From a virus (Duplodnaviria; Caudoviricetes): a stretch of 30,791 nt of DNA. The stretch spans positions 1-30,791 of IMG/VR virus record IMGVR_UViG_3300033076_000014. The stretch is one strand, 5' to 3'. The notes under the pieces are model-generated. The model was not told where the DNA came from. It searched no databases and was given only the letters and a program-made list of their open reading frames with translations. Shown here one piece after another: positions 9,781 through 19,813 of this stretch (position 1 is the stretch's first letter; every line of letters begins with the position of its first letter). The position numbers were made by a program, and so were the translations under genes.

Positions 9781-11760
9781 TTATTTTGCAATCCAACCAG
9801 TATTGCCAGTTCCTGATTCTTTAACGTAAAACGTAGAACCAGCGCCACCATCAGTTCTTGTATAAAGCGCACCAACAGATGCAACAATTGCACCTTCTGG
9901 ACTTCCAGTTCCTTGCACAACACCGATTTGGTTTTTCCAAAGAACACCGCCAGGAACAATTGCATAATTGTCATACCATGTGCCGTTCAATGTGCCTCGT
10001 TGGAAAGCGGCTTTATTGCTTCCAGCGCCAGGCGAATAATCAAAGTTGCCGCAATCCAACGTACAGTTGTACCAACTCATGTCGTTGCATTGATTCATTG
10101 CGTTGCCTGTGGTGGTCAATCGTGAATTGATAACCTGACCGTTGCTCACCAAATTGAACAAAGTTCCATTACCAAAATCACCAGAAATGTTTTCGCAATA
10201 CAAATCCGTGCAATAACCAGCAACCCCTGTATTTGCAGAGCCAGCAAATTCAATGCCACGAATTGTGTAGTCTGCATCAATGCCTTTTAACAATGATGTT
10301 CCATCTTCCAATGTAACCTTGCCTGAATTGATTTCAACAAGTGTTGCGCCAGATGAATCAAACACACACAAATATGCACCTGACGGGGCAATGTTTGTGG
10401 CTTCCAAATAGTCAATGATTACTCGCCCTTTAGCTTCTGAGCCAACATTTGAAAATGTACCGCCAAGAGTAGCAAAACCATTAAGTTTGACCGAACCCAA
10501 TTTAAGATATTGGAAACGGCTTGTCAAAATTGCAATGTCAGGACCAGCAGGATTTGTAAAAGAGCCATAAGGCGATGGGGCTGGCATGAAAGCTGTGTCC
10601 AAATCTAATTGGTCAATTTGAATTGAACCAACACGAACGCTGGCGCTATCACTTGCCAACTGAATGCAGCCGCCTCGAACATATCCAACCCAACAATCGT
10701 CAACCGTTTGGCTTCCACTATTGCTTTCAAAGTCAATGTTGCGATAACCAACACGATTGCCAAGAATTTGTTGAATGCGAACACCATGTCCACCTGTGAT
10801 TGAACAAATGCTTCGATAAATGTTGTCACCATCCAAAGAAATCACGTTTACATCGTAAATGGGGGCAGCGGTAATCCCGCCCACATACAACACATCGCCA
10901 CGAATGTCTGTGGCGTAATAGTTGCCAAGCGTGATGTTTTTGATCGTTGCGCTAGTGCCAACAATGTTGATGCAATGGTTAAATTCGCCAGTATCGGTAG
11001 CAATGTTGCCAATGAATGTCATATCACCCAACGACACATTGGATGCTTTGATGTTGATAATTGGCAGATCGTAGTTACCACCAACAGCGGATTTTTGCTT
11101 GATAATGGTTGACATTCCAGCGGTGAACCATTTTGTTCCCGCTGTGGTGATGTTAATTTGCGTGACAAGAAATGTACCCGATGGCACATAAATCATGTTT
11201 GATGCAGCCATTGCATTTGTAAATGCTGTGCTGCTATCAGTTGCACCTGTTGGGTCAGCGCCATAATCAACAACATTAACAATTTGGCGTAATTTTTCTT
11301 GCACCGTTTGATTGATTGCGCCAGTTCCACTATTAACAAAACCAACAATGCTTGAACCAGTTTGGTTGTTGGTAATGTCATTTAATGCTGTTTCAACACT
11401 AATTGAGCCAGGATATAAAAGACTGTTTACATTGGGTGTGTAAACAAGATTGGCTGCATTGTTTGCAATACCAGAAATGTTGTCCCATGTTCCAATTAAG
11501 TTATCACTTGCATCTTTAAGAACAAATTTGTAAGTGGCATTCCACGTTAGCCAAATTTCGCTGCTACCAATGATTCGACCTGATGCGTCTAAAACAATTG
11601 GATTTGCGTGTGCAATATTTCCTGCGGAAGTTGTGTAAACAGTTGCTGGTGTGCTTGTTCCAGCGTTGTATGTGTACAGCTTTCCACCTGAAAGAACAAC
11701 ACCATCATTGTTAAAAAACTGAGCCGCTGCACCAGCAACAGGAGAAAGAAGAACTGTCAT
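9781..11760 (-). CDS. Tailspike with pectate-lyase-like beta-helix (putative depolymerase)
   Basis: 659 aa; N-terminal GGKLYTY.AGT.TP...NPIVLDASGR particle-binding domain; VNVVDYGADPTGATDSSTAF beta-helix cap; C-terminal GSPEG.IVA.VGALY.RTDGGAG. Confidence 0.85.
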   Translation of the reverse strand: MTVLLSPVAGAAAQFFNNDGVVLSGGKLYTYNAGTSTPATVYTTSAGNIAHANPIVLDASGRIIGSSEIWLTWNATYKFVLKDASDNLIGTWDNISGIANNAANLVYTPNVNSLLYPGSISVETALNDITNNQTGSSIVGFVNSGTGAINQTVQEKLRQIVNVVDYGADPTGATDSSTAFTNAMAASNMIYVPSGTFLVTQINITTAGTKWFTAGMSTIIKQKSAVGGNYDLPIINIKASNVSLGDMTFIGNIATDTGEFNHCINIVGTSATIKNITLGNYYATDIRGDVLYVGGITAAPIYDVNVISLDGDNIYRSICSITGGHGVRIQQILGNRVGYRNIDFESNSGSQTVDDCWVGYVRGGCIQLASDSASVRVGSIQIDQLDLDTAFMPAPSPYGSFTNPAGPDIAILTSRFQYLKLGSVKLNGFATLGGTFSNVGSEAKGRVIIDYLEATNIAPSGAYLCVFDSSGATLVEINSGKVTLEDGTSLLKGIDADYTIRGIEFAGSANTGVAGYCTDLYCENISGDFGNGTLFNLVSNGQVINSRLTTTGNAMNQCNDMSWYNCTLDCGNFDYSPGAGSNKAAFQRGTLNGTWYDNYAIVPGGVLWKNQIGVVQGTGSPEGAIVASVGALYTRTDGGAGSTFYVKESGTGNTGWIAK

Positions 11761-11762
11761 TT

Positions 11763-12065
11763 TTATCCCTTCAAATCAGGCGTGAACACTTGTGGCAACC
11801 AAGGCGCAATGACCTTTTTTTGGCTTTCCAAAGTTTCGAGTTGTTCGTCTAAACGTTTTTTGACTTGTGAACCAATTGCATTTGTCACCCATTCAATGAC
11901 GGTTTCCTCAACTACATCAGCAAAAGGAATTGTCAGTTTGGGTTCAGCAAAATGCCACCAACCTTCGGTTTCAACGATGTGGTCGCCCTTGACTTCTGAG
12001 CAAAAATATCTGGCGGCTGTAATTAATTCGCCATCTGCTTTAATTTCTAGGATTTTCCACATCAA
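11763..12065 (-). CDS. Small tail-fibre-associated protein
   Basis: 100 aa downstream of the 832-aa fibre; IPFADVVEETVIEWV...APW pattern. Confidence 0.5.
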   Translation of the reverse strand: MMWKILEIKADGELITAARYFCSEVKGDHIVETEGWWHFAEPKLTIPFADVVEETVIEWVTNAIGSQVKKRLDEQLETLESQKKVIAPWLPQVFTPDLKG

Positions 12066-14560
12066 AATGTGCCTCCACCAGTTCCACCAGTAACAGTCAA
12101 AACGCCTGTTGATGGATTGAATTTTAGTTTAGTTGAACTGACTTTAACAGGCAAATTACCCGTAGTGTTTGTTACCCAAGTCAGATATTCATCAGCATTG
12201 GTGCTGGTGTCATCAGTTATCGCCACATTGTTTGCGTTGGTTGCTGTGGTTGCGGTTGTCGCAGAGCCAGCAGAACCGTCAATGCTTACGCCTGTCAGCG
12301 ATTGGCTGGCGCTTGAACGATTCAATGCAATGGCTGTTGTGCCAATGTAAACAGTTGAATTACCCAAAACGCCCGATGGAATCGTGCCAGAAAGTTGACC
12401 AGCAGGCAGACTAGTCAGGTTTGCACCAGAACCGCTGAATCCTGTGGCTGTAAACAATCCTGTGCTTGGGTTGTAATTTAACTTGGTTGAACTGACGTAT
12501 TCGGTTGTGACATTGCCCGTAGTCTGATTGGCAAACAATGGGTAACGCACCGCATTTGTAGTGGTGTCATCTGTAATTGTTGCGTAAGCTGTGGGTGTAA
12601 CCCAACTAGGTGCGCTTGTGCCATTGCTGGTCAAAACCTTACCCGCATCGCCTGCGCTTGATGCCAAGAAAGCAGTTGTGTCAGCAGCCGATTGGTAAGG
12701 GATAGATGCCGCAGCACCACCCGCCAAGTTGGTTGCCTTGTCTGCGGTTGTGGCAGACCCCACCGACAAAGTGGACTGCGCCACATATTGCGGGGCTGAT
12801 GCGCCAGCGGTCAAAACATAGTTTGTCGTGCCAAGGCTTAAAAATGTGGTTGCCCCTGCGCCTGACTGATATGCCAAAGCGCCAGCAGTACCGCCAGCCA
12901 AATTGGTTGCCGTAGTGCTTGAGCCTGCGCTGCCTGCGGTTGTTGCGTATCCCACAGAAACGGTGGAAGGGGCAACGTTTGTCCAATAGCCCAAAGCACC
13001 ATCTTGATATTGCAAAAGGTCGTTGTTGCTCAGAGTTGTAAGCTGCACGTTAGCATCTGTACCACCAAGCACAGAGCCAGGCTGCAAATAGACTTGAAAT
13101 GAACCAGAGCCGCCAGGTCCAGCGTTAATCACCGTACCGACTTGATATTTGATGTTTGGGGCAACAGGTTTGTTTTTGGTCAAACCGCCTGTGACTGGGT
13201 TGTACCAAATGTCTTGTCCATCAACCCAAGTTTCACCGTATGTTGAACCATTGGTGTTTACACCATGAATCACGCCAAAATTGGTGATTCGACCAAAGCC
13301 ATTATTTGCAATATCTTCTGTGGCAACACCAATAATCAAGTCTGATTCTGTAATTCCTGCTACGGTTGGCGCAAAAGTAATCACGCCAGAAGAACCAACA
13401 ACGCCTGTTTTGTAGATCAGTTGAAGGATTGTGTCGCCTGAAATTGCTGCGCTGGCTTTGCCATACACAAAGATTTCTTCGCCAACTTGCTGTGTAATGT
13501 TGCCACCACCCATGCCAAGGTTCCATGCCCCTGTGTTTGGCGAATACCACATTTTTCCAGCAGCAACAGTAACAGCGTTGCCGTTGCCCATCTGAATGAA
13601 GGTTGGTGTGGATATACCACCTGTAAGCCCCGACAGGCTCGTAATGTCGCTGTTAGCACCACTTGCGGCAGCGCCCAAGTTTGAACGTGCTGTGGCGGCA
13701 TCTGATGCGCCTGTGCCACCATCAGCAACCGCAATATCAGTTCCATTCCAAACGCCTGTGGCAATCGTGCCTAAAGTCGTAATGGAAGTCTGCCCTGCGT
13801 ATGTATCGCTGATTTTTACGCCACTTGAACTGACATTCAGGGTCGTGCCATTAGCCACAACAGCAAAAGTGTTGCCTGTTAGCGACAGACCATTGCCAGC
13901 TAAGTAAGTGCCTGCACCAGAAAACTGCGACCAAGGCATTGCAGTCACATCAATTGTGCCGCCTTGATTTGCCGTGCAAACCCAACCTGTGTCAGCCAAC
14001 GTTGCGCCAGATTCAATAAAAGTGAATGCGGAAGGGACTTCCGACCACACATTCATGTCGCTAGAACGTGACCAAGTGCCAGAAGATGCGACATAAATGC
14101 CGTTTTGCGCTAAGTTGGTTTGGCTCTTGACCAGAATTCGATCACCAGCGGTCAGGCTCAATGCCCAATCACCACCCGCTTGGGTTGTCAGACCCGCCAA
14201 GGTGATGTTGTTGGTTGTCCCGTAGACGCACGAAGCCTTTACATCAAGACCTTGAGCCACCGAATCAACATAACCTTTGTTGGCAATGTCGGTGTCAGCC
14301 ACAGGCGTAGTCGAAACCGACCCTGTTGTGGCAGCGATGTTGGTGAATGTTCCAGCAGCAGGCACAGACCCACCAATTACGGTGCTGTCAATCGTGCTGT
14401 CGGTAATGGTCAGACCAGATTGAACGGGGTCAATTGGCGGCAGAAACGGTGTTCCCGCAGGACCGACAAAGTATTGAAGGGCGAACGTTGGTTCAGGGTC
14501 AAAAACGCCCTGAACGGGGACAATATTAGTTGTCTGTGTCTGCGCTGTGCTGTTGGACAT
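12062..14560 (-). CDS. Long tail fibre / virion structural protein with internal repeats
   Basis: 832 aa, Gly/Thr/Ala-rich; ANKGYVDSVAQGLDVKAS, GDRILVK.Q...QNGIY, ARSNLG motifs; duplicated ATNLAGG and TDDT.TN...SSTKL..NPSTG modules. Confidence 0.8.
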   Translation of the reverse strand: MSNSTAQTQTTNIVPVQGVFDPEPTFALQYFVGPAGTPFLPPIDPVQSGLTITDSTIDSTVIGGSVPAAGTFTNIAATTGSVSTTPVADTDIANKGYVDSVAQGLDVKASCVYGTTNNITLAGLTTQAGGDWALSLTAGDRILVKSQTNLAQNGIYVASSGTWSRSSDMNVWSEVPSAFTFIESGATLADTGWVCTANQGGTIDVTAMPWSQFSGAGTYLAGNGLSLTGNTFAVVANGTTLNVSSSGVKISDTYAGQTSITTLGTIATGVWNGTDIAVADGGTGASDAATARSNLGAAASGANSDITSLSGLTGGISTPTFIQMGNGNAVTVAAGKMWYSPNTGAWNLGMGGGNITQQVGEEIFVYGKASAAISGDTILQLIYKTGVVGSSGVITFAPTVAGITESDLIIGVATEDIANNGFGRITNFGVIHGVNTNGSTYGETWVDGQDIWYNPVTGGLTKNKPVAPNIKYQVGTVINAGPGGSGSFQVYLQPGSVLGGTDANVQLTTLSNNDLLQYQDGALGYWTNVAPSTVSVGYATTAGSAGSSTTATNLAGGTAGALAYQSGAGATTFLSLGTTNYVLTAGASAPQYVAQSTLSVGSATTADKATNLAGGAAASIPYQSAADTTAFLASSAGDAGKVLTSNGTSAPSWVTPTAYATITDDTTTNAVRYPLFANQTTGNVTTEYVSSTKLNYNPSTGLFTATGFSGSGANLTSLPAGQLSGTIPSGVLGNSTVYIGTTAIALNRSSASQSLTGVSIDGSAGSATTATTATNANNVAITDDTSTNADEYLTWVTNTTGNLPVKVSSTKLKFNPSTGVLTVTGGTGGGTF

Positions 14561-14571
14561 AGCGCCCTAAC

Positions 14572-14835
14572 TTATTCAAAGTAGAAAGTGGCTTTGACAG
14601 TTCCGCTGATCACAACATAAATGCCGTTTTCGGTGTTCAGACCATCAAAAAAGTTGTAGTTGGTTGCAGCCACAGGTGTGAAAACGCCCAAAACAGTCAC
14701 ATCTGTGCCAGTTGCTTCGGAATCGTAAACGGTGATTGTGGGTGTGCTTGAGGCGGCAGATACAAAAATGCCTTTGAGTTTGCCAGCGCCTTTTTTGATT
14801 GATGCGGTGGCTTCTAAGTAAGCGATGTTGGACAT
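14572..14835 (-). CDS. Small beta-rich putative virion protein
   Basis: 87 aa with SD AAGGGG; lies within the structural module. Confidence 0.55.
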   Translation of the reverse strand: MSNIAYLEATASIKKGAGKLKGIFVSAASSTPTITVYDSEATGTDVTVLGVFTPVAATNYNFFDGLNTENGIYVVISGTVKATFYFE

Positions 14836-14869
14836 TTCAACCCCTTGAGTTTGTCAAATTATAGGCTTC

Positions 14870-14908
14870 AAAAGAGAAAAAGCCACCCCTTGCGGAAGTG
14901 GCTTTCCC
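14870..14908 (-). terminator. Rho-independent terminator
   Basis: Minus strand GGGAAAGCCAC-ttccgcaaggg-GTGGCTTTTTCTCTTTT after the 140-aa gene. Confidence 0.7.
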
Positions 14909-14925
14909 ATTATTTCATTGCCTGA

Positions 14926-15348
14926 TTAGGGCAAGAAAGTCAGGTCGTAACCGTAGATGAACACATCAGCGGTTGCGGCTGCGCCTTGGGCGGTGGTGCA
15001 ACGAATGTACAAAGGAGTACCAGAGATTGCATCGGTGCTTGTGGCAGCGGTCACAACAGTTTTAGCTGCGGTGGTGTTGCCTGTCAAAGCGTATGCAGAT
15101 TTAACTGCTGTGCCAGTTGCGCCTGCGCCTGTGTACACAGCCAATTGTGCTGTGGTCAGGTCAACAGATGCGTTTGTCACGATGATGCTCTGAACGCTTA
15201 CACGACCAGAAACCAAGATGTTGGCAACGGTGTCGGCAACGCTGTTCAGGTTGACGCTCTGAGCAGAAGCAATCAAGCGCAAGGCTTGGTTGGTTGCCAG
15301 ATTTGAGGGATGGCTAGAAGTGGTTGATGCTGCGCCTGGATTAGACAT
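14926..15348 (-). CDS. Putative capsid decoration/cement protein
   Basis: 140 aa, Ala/Thr-rich, immediately downstream of the coat gene; strong SD AAGGAA. Confidence 0.55.
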   Translation of the reverse strand: MSNPGAASTTSSHPSNLATNQALRLIASAQSVNLNSVADTVANILVSGRVSVQSIIVTNASVDLTTAQLAVYTGAGATGTAVKSAYALTGNTTAAKTVVTAATSTDAISGTPLYIRCTTAQGAAATADVFIYGYDLTFLP

Positions 15349-15376
15349 GATCTTGTTCCTTAAAAATGAGATTTAG

Positions 15377-15401
15377 AAAAGCGGGGGATTTCTCCCCCAC
15401 C
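15377..15401 (-). terminator. Rho-independent terminator after the coat gene
   Basis: Minus strand GTGGGGGA-gaaa-TCCCCCGC followed by TTTT. Confidence 0.7.
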
Positions 15402-15409
15402 AATTTCAA

Positions 15410-16630
15410 TTAGCTGGCAACACGGCAAGCCAATTCAGGGTACAGCGGTGCCCAACCATACAGCACATCAACACGGGTAGGAATACTATCGTTGTTGATG
15501 GTGTACTGACGGACAACACGGAGGGACAAGCCCAACTCTTTGTCCGAAGCACGACCAGCGAAGTGAACGCCATCAGGCAATTCCAAGTCAGCAGTAGCCA
15601 AAGTGAAGGCATTGCGGTGCATCACAATGTTTTGTGGAGACACATCGCCAGCTTGGTTGAATGGGGTCACAGCAGAAGCGCCAGCAGACAAGATGCTCAC
15701 GTTTTGGAACTGACCACCAGAGATAACAGCAGGCGAAACGGTCACGCTGTTGCCGCTGATAGCGGTCACAACGAAGTTACGCAGCTTGTTGCTACCGTAG
15801 GCTTGACGGTTTTGAGGGTTGACAGCGTACACATTGGCGATGGTGAAGGTGTCACCAACGTTAGGTGTGAAAGTGCCAGTTTTGCTCAAAGTCAAGGTGG
15901 AAGTTTGCGCCCAACCAGAAGTCAAGATGCCAGTATCGGTGCTGGTGTTGATGGTGGCTGTACCAGTATAAGTACCGAAAGTTTGAGCCGAAATGTTTTG
16001 GTCCATCTTCCAGTTCATACCAGCAGAATCACGACCCATCAAACCCTTTTCGTACTGCATACCGATGCGGTCGCTAGGCACGAACAGACCTTTCAAGCTG
16101 TCAACGATAGTTGCGCCTGTGAAGGGTTCAATCACGCAGGTGCGATTGCCATCACGGGGTGCGCCTTCGCTGTCAAGATAGGCTTGAGCAGTCAGGTATG
16201 TGAGCAAAGAAGTGGGTGGTGTGCCAGGTGTACCAACGATGTTCGCAGTATTCATGCGAGCCATAGTTGCACCGTCAAAGTCAATCTTGTTAGCCACAGC
16301 AGCCACAGCAGGCTTCAACACACGGTCAGAGAACATATCCAAAGACAATGCCAAATCTTGTGTAGTGAATTGTGTGTCAACGTGGAATTGGGTTGACAAG
16401 GTAACTGGAGTGCTGGTTTCGTTGAAATCTTCAACGTTCAAAGCAGGACCAGTAGTACCAATGAAACGACCAGGGCGGCGAACGTTCAATGTCGCACCAA
16501 TTTTTGCGCCAGTAACGGCAAATTGGTCGTCATAGTTGCGGTCCACAGCAGAGGAGAAGGTCAACTCGTTTTCCAGCACCATGAGGGCTTCATTGGTGAT
16601 CATCGAAATAGTCAATAAATTGTTTGACAT
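15410..16630 (-). CDS. Major capsid protein (P22 coat gp5 family)
   Basis: 406 aa; MSNNLLT..MIT.EAL.VLEN.L, KIG.TL.VRRP, RVDVLYGW..L.PE.ACR motifs; follows portal and scaffold. Confidence 0.9.
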   Translation of the reverse strand: MSNNLLTISMITNEALMVLENELTFSSAVDRNYDDQFAVTGAKIGATLNVRRPGRFIGTTGPALNVEDFNETSTPVTLSTQFHVDTQFTTQDLALSLDMFSDRVLKPAVAAVANKIDFDGATMARMNTANIVGTPGTPPTSLLTYLTAQAYLDSEGAPRDGNRTCVIEPFTGATIVDSLKGLFVPSDRIGMQYEKGLMGRDSAGMNWKMDQNISAQTFGTYTGTATINTSTDTGILTSGWAQTSTLTLSKTGTFTPNVGDTFTIANVYAVNPQNRQAYGSNKLRNFVVTAISGNSVTVSPAVISGGQFQNVSILSAGASAVTPFNQAGDVSPQNIVMHRNAFTLATADLELPDGVHFAGRASDKELGLSLRVVRQYTINNDSIPTRVDVLYGWAPLYPELACRVAS

Positions 16631-16661
16631 GATTTTTCCTTAAAAAAAATGAATTTGTGTG

Positions 16662-17597
16662 TCAGCGGATACGCCCTGCCAAACGTGCTGCCTTCCATGC
16701 CTGATAACTGCCGTGGAATTGCCTATTGGAATCCAGTTCAGTTACAGGACCAGCAGAAGTCGCTCGGATAGGGTTTATCGGTGCTGGCGCTTTACTTTTT
16801 GCAGTCACAGAAGTTTTTTGAGGCTCTGATTCACCTTTCGGTTTCTCAAATTGCGCCTCCAGTTTTCCAATTGTCGCTAAGGCTCTTGTCAAGGTCATGC
16901 CTTGCAGTTTTTCAGCAACATCAGGATTTTCAGCAAGGTGATACAAAATCCGTGGTCCGACTTCTGATTCAAAGATTGCGTCACGCACTTCATTGCTCAC
17001 GGCAATGTCAGACGAACCAACCATCATCTCAAAGTCAGGCATCTCAGATTTGGCGGCTTCCACACGCTGCGCCCAAGTGTTGATCACTTGTTGACGTTGT
17101 GCTTCGGCTTTTGCCTGTTCAGCCTTCTGCTTTTCCTCATTCAATCGCTGGTCTACCCGATAATCAACAAGCGCCTGTTGGTACTCGTACATATCGGAAA
17201 ACTGCTCTGGCTTCGGTTCCTCATCAACCTTGATTTCCTCTTTTACAGGGGTAATCTTGGCTTCGATTTCCTTTAACCTTGCTTCCAATTCCTGCCTTGC
17301 TTGGCGCTCGGCTTGGGCTTCTGCCCGTGCCGCCTCCCGTTGCTTGGTCAGGTCTGAAAACCTTATCTCCAACTTGGATTTCTGTTTTCCATCTTCTGAA
17401 ACTGTCGCATCATTCTTCCCCTCGGCTGGCTCACTCTGATCAGCAACCTCTGTTGTCGGCTCTGCGTTTGCAGCCTCGGCAACGGGGCGATCAGCTAAAC
17501 CCAATTTCTTTGCGGTGAATTCAGCTAAATTTTCACTAGTCACCAGATTAGCGGCAACTCTTGGTTGTGCGGATTGCACTTCCTGTACTTCTGACAT
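16662..17597 (-). CDS. Capsid scaffolding protein
   Basis: 311 aa, acidic coiled coil with GPRILYHLAENP and a basic C-terminus; lies between portal and coat. Confidence 0.85.
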   Translation of the reverse strand: MSEVQEVQSAQPRVAANLVTSENLAEFTAKKLGLADRPVAEAANAEPTTEVADQSEPAEGKNDATVSEDGKQKSKLEIRFSDLTKQREAARAEAQAERQARQELEARLKEIEAKITPVKEEIKVDEEPKPEQFSDMYEYQQALVDYRVDQRLNEEKQKAEQAKAEAQRQQVINTWAQRVEAAKSEMPDFEMMVGSSDIAVSNEVRDAIFESEVGPRILYHLAENPDVAEKLQGMTLTRALATIGKLEAQFEKPKGESEPQKTSVTAKSKAPAPINPIRATSAGPVTELDSNRQFHGSYQAWKAARLAGRIR

Positions 17598-17636
17598 TGA
17601 GTTTCCTCAAAGGATTTTCCCTGTGAGCCTCACAGG
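17597..17636 (-). promoter_or_regulatory. Structured leader of the scaffold gene (two hairpins, one occluding the SD)
   Basis: Inverted repeat CCTGTGAG-C-CTCACAGG (17620-17636); minus-strand TTGAG-GAAA-CTCAA hairpin that contains the SD and ends at the A of ATG. Confidence 0.5.
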
Positions 17637-17652
17637 TAAGGTTTGAGTAATA

Positions 17653-19794
17653 TTACTCCAAATTTTGTGGCTGCGTCAATGGATTAGCCCCTTGCCCAAT
17701 ATCCTCTGCCGCAAACTGAGCATATTGCATCTGTTCGGCATTCCTACGGGCAATTTCCTCAGTCAATCGGGCGGTGTCCATGCGGTGCAACAACAGGGCT
17801 GTGATGGCTTCAATCTCGGTCTTGTTCTGACTTGTAATTGCACGGGTGTTTTGGTCATTGACCTTAACCTCTGCCATCGTTTCGGTGTTATGCGCCTTGG
17901 CAGTCTGACGCATGAGTTCACGCCTGTTTTCGTTGTCTTGCTTAACTTGCTCAATGTCTGCACGTTGCTGCATAGCCAATTGCATTGCTGCCATTTGGTT
18001 TTGCATATCCTGAACCTGTTTCTGCGCTTGCATAAGCTGCATCTGCACTTGAGGCGGCACATCTGATTTTTGATCAATCTGAGCCAAGGGATTCAGGGCG
18101 GCAAGACGGTCAGCAATCACATCAGCGCCAGGGAAGTCCATATTCCTAAACGCCAAGTCACCCGCCACATCAAACAACTTGTCTTTGGCAAGCAGCGGCA
18201 TGATGGCTTCGACAGCTTGCTGGCGCTTGGTGTTAAAGCCAGGTCCAGTATCCATCACAACGTCATATTCGCCCACGGTCACATCGTTAAGCACCGCCTC
18301 AACGCCATCGGCTGTGGTCTTGCGCTCGTTGATGGTTTCCATGCTTGGCTGACCATCAGCGCCAATGATGCGAATCACCCGTTGGGTGTCGTAAATCTTT
18401 GGAATCAGGTCAAGAATGATTTTGCCCGTGTGACGAATCGAACGGGTCATGTTGTCATAGAAATGGAAGTTGGACAGGTCAACTTGATTTTGCTGACCAG
18501 CCAATGCCTTGCCAGAAATATTCCCGCTTGGCAGTTGGTTGGGGTCAAGGATGCCCAACACCATCTGCAAGTCGGCAGAGATAGCGCCAGCGGCTTCCAT
18601 AATGCCTGTGGGTGGTGGCTCTGGCTGCAAGCGGCTTGGCACAGGGGCGGGTCTACCCTCAATATCGGTTTGCTTGTAACGCAACACAGGGGTGGATTTG
18701 ATGTTAGCCAGCGACCACTCGTTTTCATGCCCTTCGTCTTGACCTTCTGCCAACAGCCATTTGGCTTTAGGCGCAAGGGCAATGCTCTCGGTCATGCTGG
18801 TGCGCCAGAAGTTGTACATACGCTGTGGGTCTTTGGCAAAACGCACCAAGCCATATTTCTTGCGCTTGTCATCAACAATCACTTGTGCGCCATAGCAAGG
18901 CACAACGGGAATATATTTGCCAGGCAAAGTGCGTTCTTCCAACACTTCCATAGCGGTCATCTTGACCCATTTCACAGCCTTGCGGAACGAATCACGTTGG
19001 TCTACAACGGTCAAGCCTGCGGCTTCCACCCGTTCAAAGAACTTGTCAGAATCGGCAAAATGCTTTGTGCCATCACTCAGCAAATACAACTTGGCTTTTT
19101 CACGCTCAACGTAGAAATACTCGGCAAGGCGAATATCCTCTTTTGTCACCCACGCTGCGGTGTCATCACCTGTGCTGCGTTGGGTAAAAGATGCGCCATC
19201 GTTTGCGCCAGGATACTGTTGACGGAAGTTCTTTTTGTCCATCAGCGTTGTAATCAGGCAACGCTCGGCATCTGAACCATCAGGCAGGATTGAATTGGGG
19301 TCAAAGTAGACGGTGAAAGGATTGTCCACCGTATCAATGAAGATTTCTTGGTCAAATGAATCCTCACTCACATACCGAGTATTGACACGCCAATAACCCC
19401 AACCCATACGCACAGCATAGTCAAAGGCGGTGTCATAAGCGGTGTCTGCGTTGGAATTGACCTCGATGTGGCGGGTGATGCCTTCAATGACTTGGGCAAC
19501 TTTGTAGTCAGCCAGATTGTTTACGGCATGAACTTTGATGCGGGGGCGCTGCTGGCGCTGTTGGTTTGTGACCTGACGGATGTAGGCATCAATCTTGTTA
19601 ATGGTCAGGCAGGGTCGGGCTTCAACGTTGCGGCTGTTTTGAATCTCAACGGGCCATTGGTCGCCTGCGGCAAATTTAATGTCTTGCAACGCTTCGGCAC
19701 GATTATTTGAATCAGCGGTGTTTACCAACTGCCAAAACTTAATGGCATCGTTGATGATTGGATTTGGACCTGTTGCGGCTTGGTAGTCTGCCAT
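17653..19794 (-). CDS. Portal protein (P22 gp1-like)
   Basis: 713 aa; F..GDQW, RPCLTINK, G.GYWRV, YGLVR..KDPQRMYN motifs; Gln-rich C-terminal barrel. Confidence 0.92.
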   Translation of the reverse strand: MADYQAATGPNPIINDAIKFWQLVNTADSNNRAEALQDIKFAAGDQWPVEIQNSRNVEARPCLTINKIDAYIRQVTNQQRQQRPRIKVHAVNNLADYKVAQVIEGITRHIEVNSNADTAYDTAFDYAVRMGWGYWRVNTRYVSEDSFDQEIFIDTVDNPFTVYFDPNSILPDGSDAERCLITTLMDKKNFRQQYPGANDGASFTQRSTGDDTAAWVTKEDIRLAEYFYVEREKAKLYLLSDGTKHFADSDKFFERVEAAGLTVVDQRDSFRKAVKWVKMTAMEVLEERTLPGKYIPVVPCYGAQVIVDDKRKKYGLVRFAKDPQRMYNFWRTSMTESIALAPKAKWLLAEGQDEGHENEWSLANIKSTPVLRYKQTDIEGRPAPVPSRLQPEPPPTGIMEAAGAISADLQMVLGILDPNQLPSGNISGKALAGQQNQVDLSNFHFYDNMTRSIRHTGKIILDLIPKIYDTQRVIRIIGADGQPSMETINERKTTADGVEAVLNDVTVGEYDVVMDTGPGFNTKRQQAVEAIMPLLAKDKLFDVAGDLAFRNMDFPGADVIADRLAALNPLAQIDQKSDVPPQVQMQLMQAQKQVQDMQNQMAAMQLAMQQRADIEQVKQDNENRRELMRQTAKAHNTETMAEVKVNDQNTRAITSQNKTEIEAITALLLHRMDTARLTEEIARRNAEQMQYAQFAAEDIGQGANPLTQPQNLE

Positions 19795-19813
19795 ATTTAC
19801 CCCTTTTTAGGCA

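Noticed and set aside
14858-14886. Perfect TATAAT on the minus strand upstream of the 87-aa gene
   Set aside because: No convincing -35 or extended TG, and it abuts a terminator; not enough support to call a promoter
15563-16396. 277-aa plus-strand ORF antisense to the coat gene
   Set aside because: Shadow ORF expected from codon bias in a highly expressed gene
18070-19275. 401-aa plus-strand ORF antisense to the portal
   Set aside because: Mirror of a strongly biased coding strand; no recognisable motifs or SD
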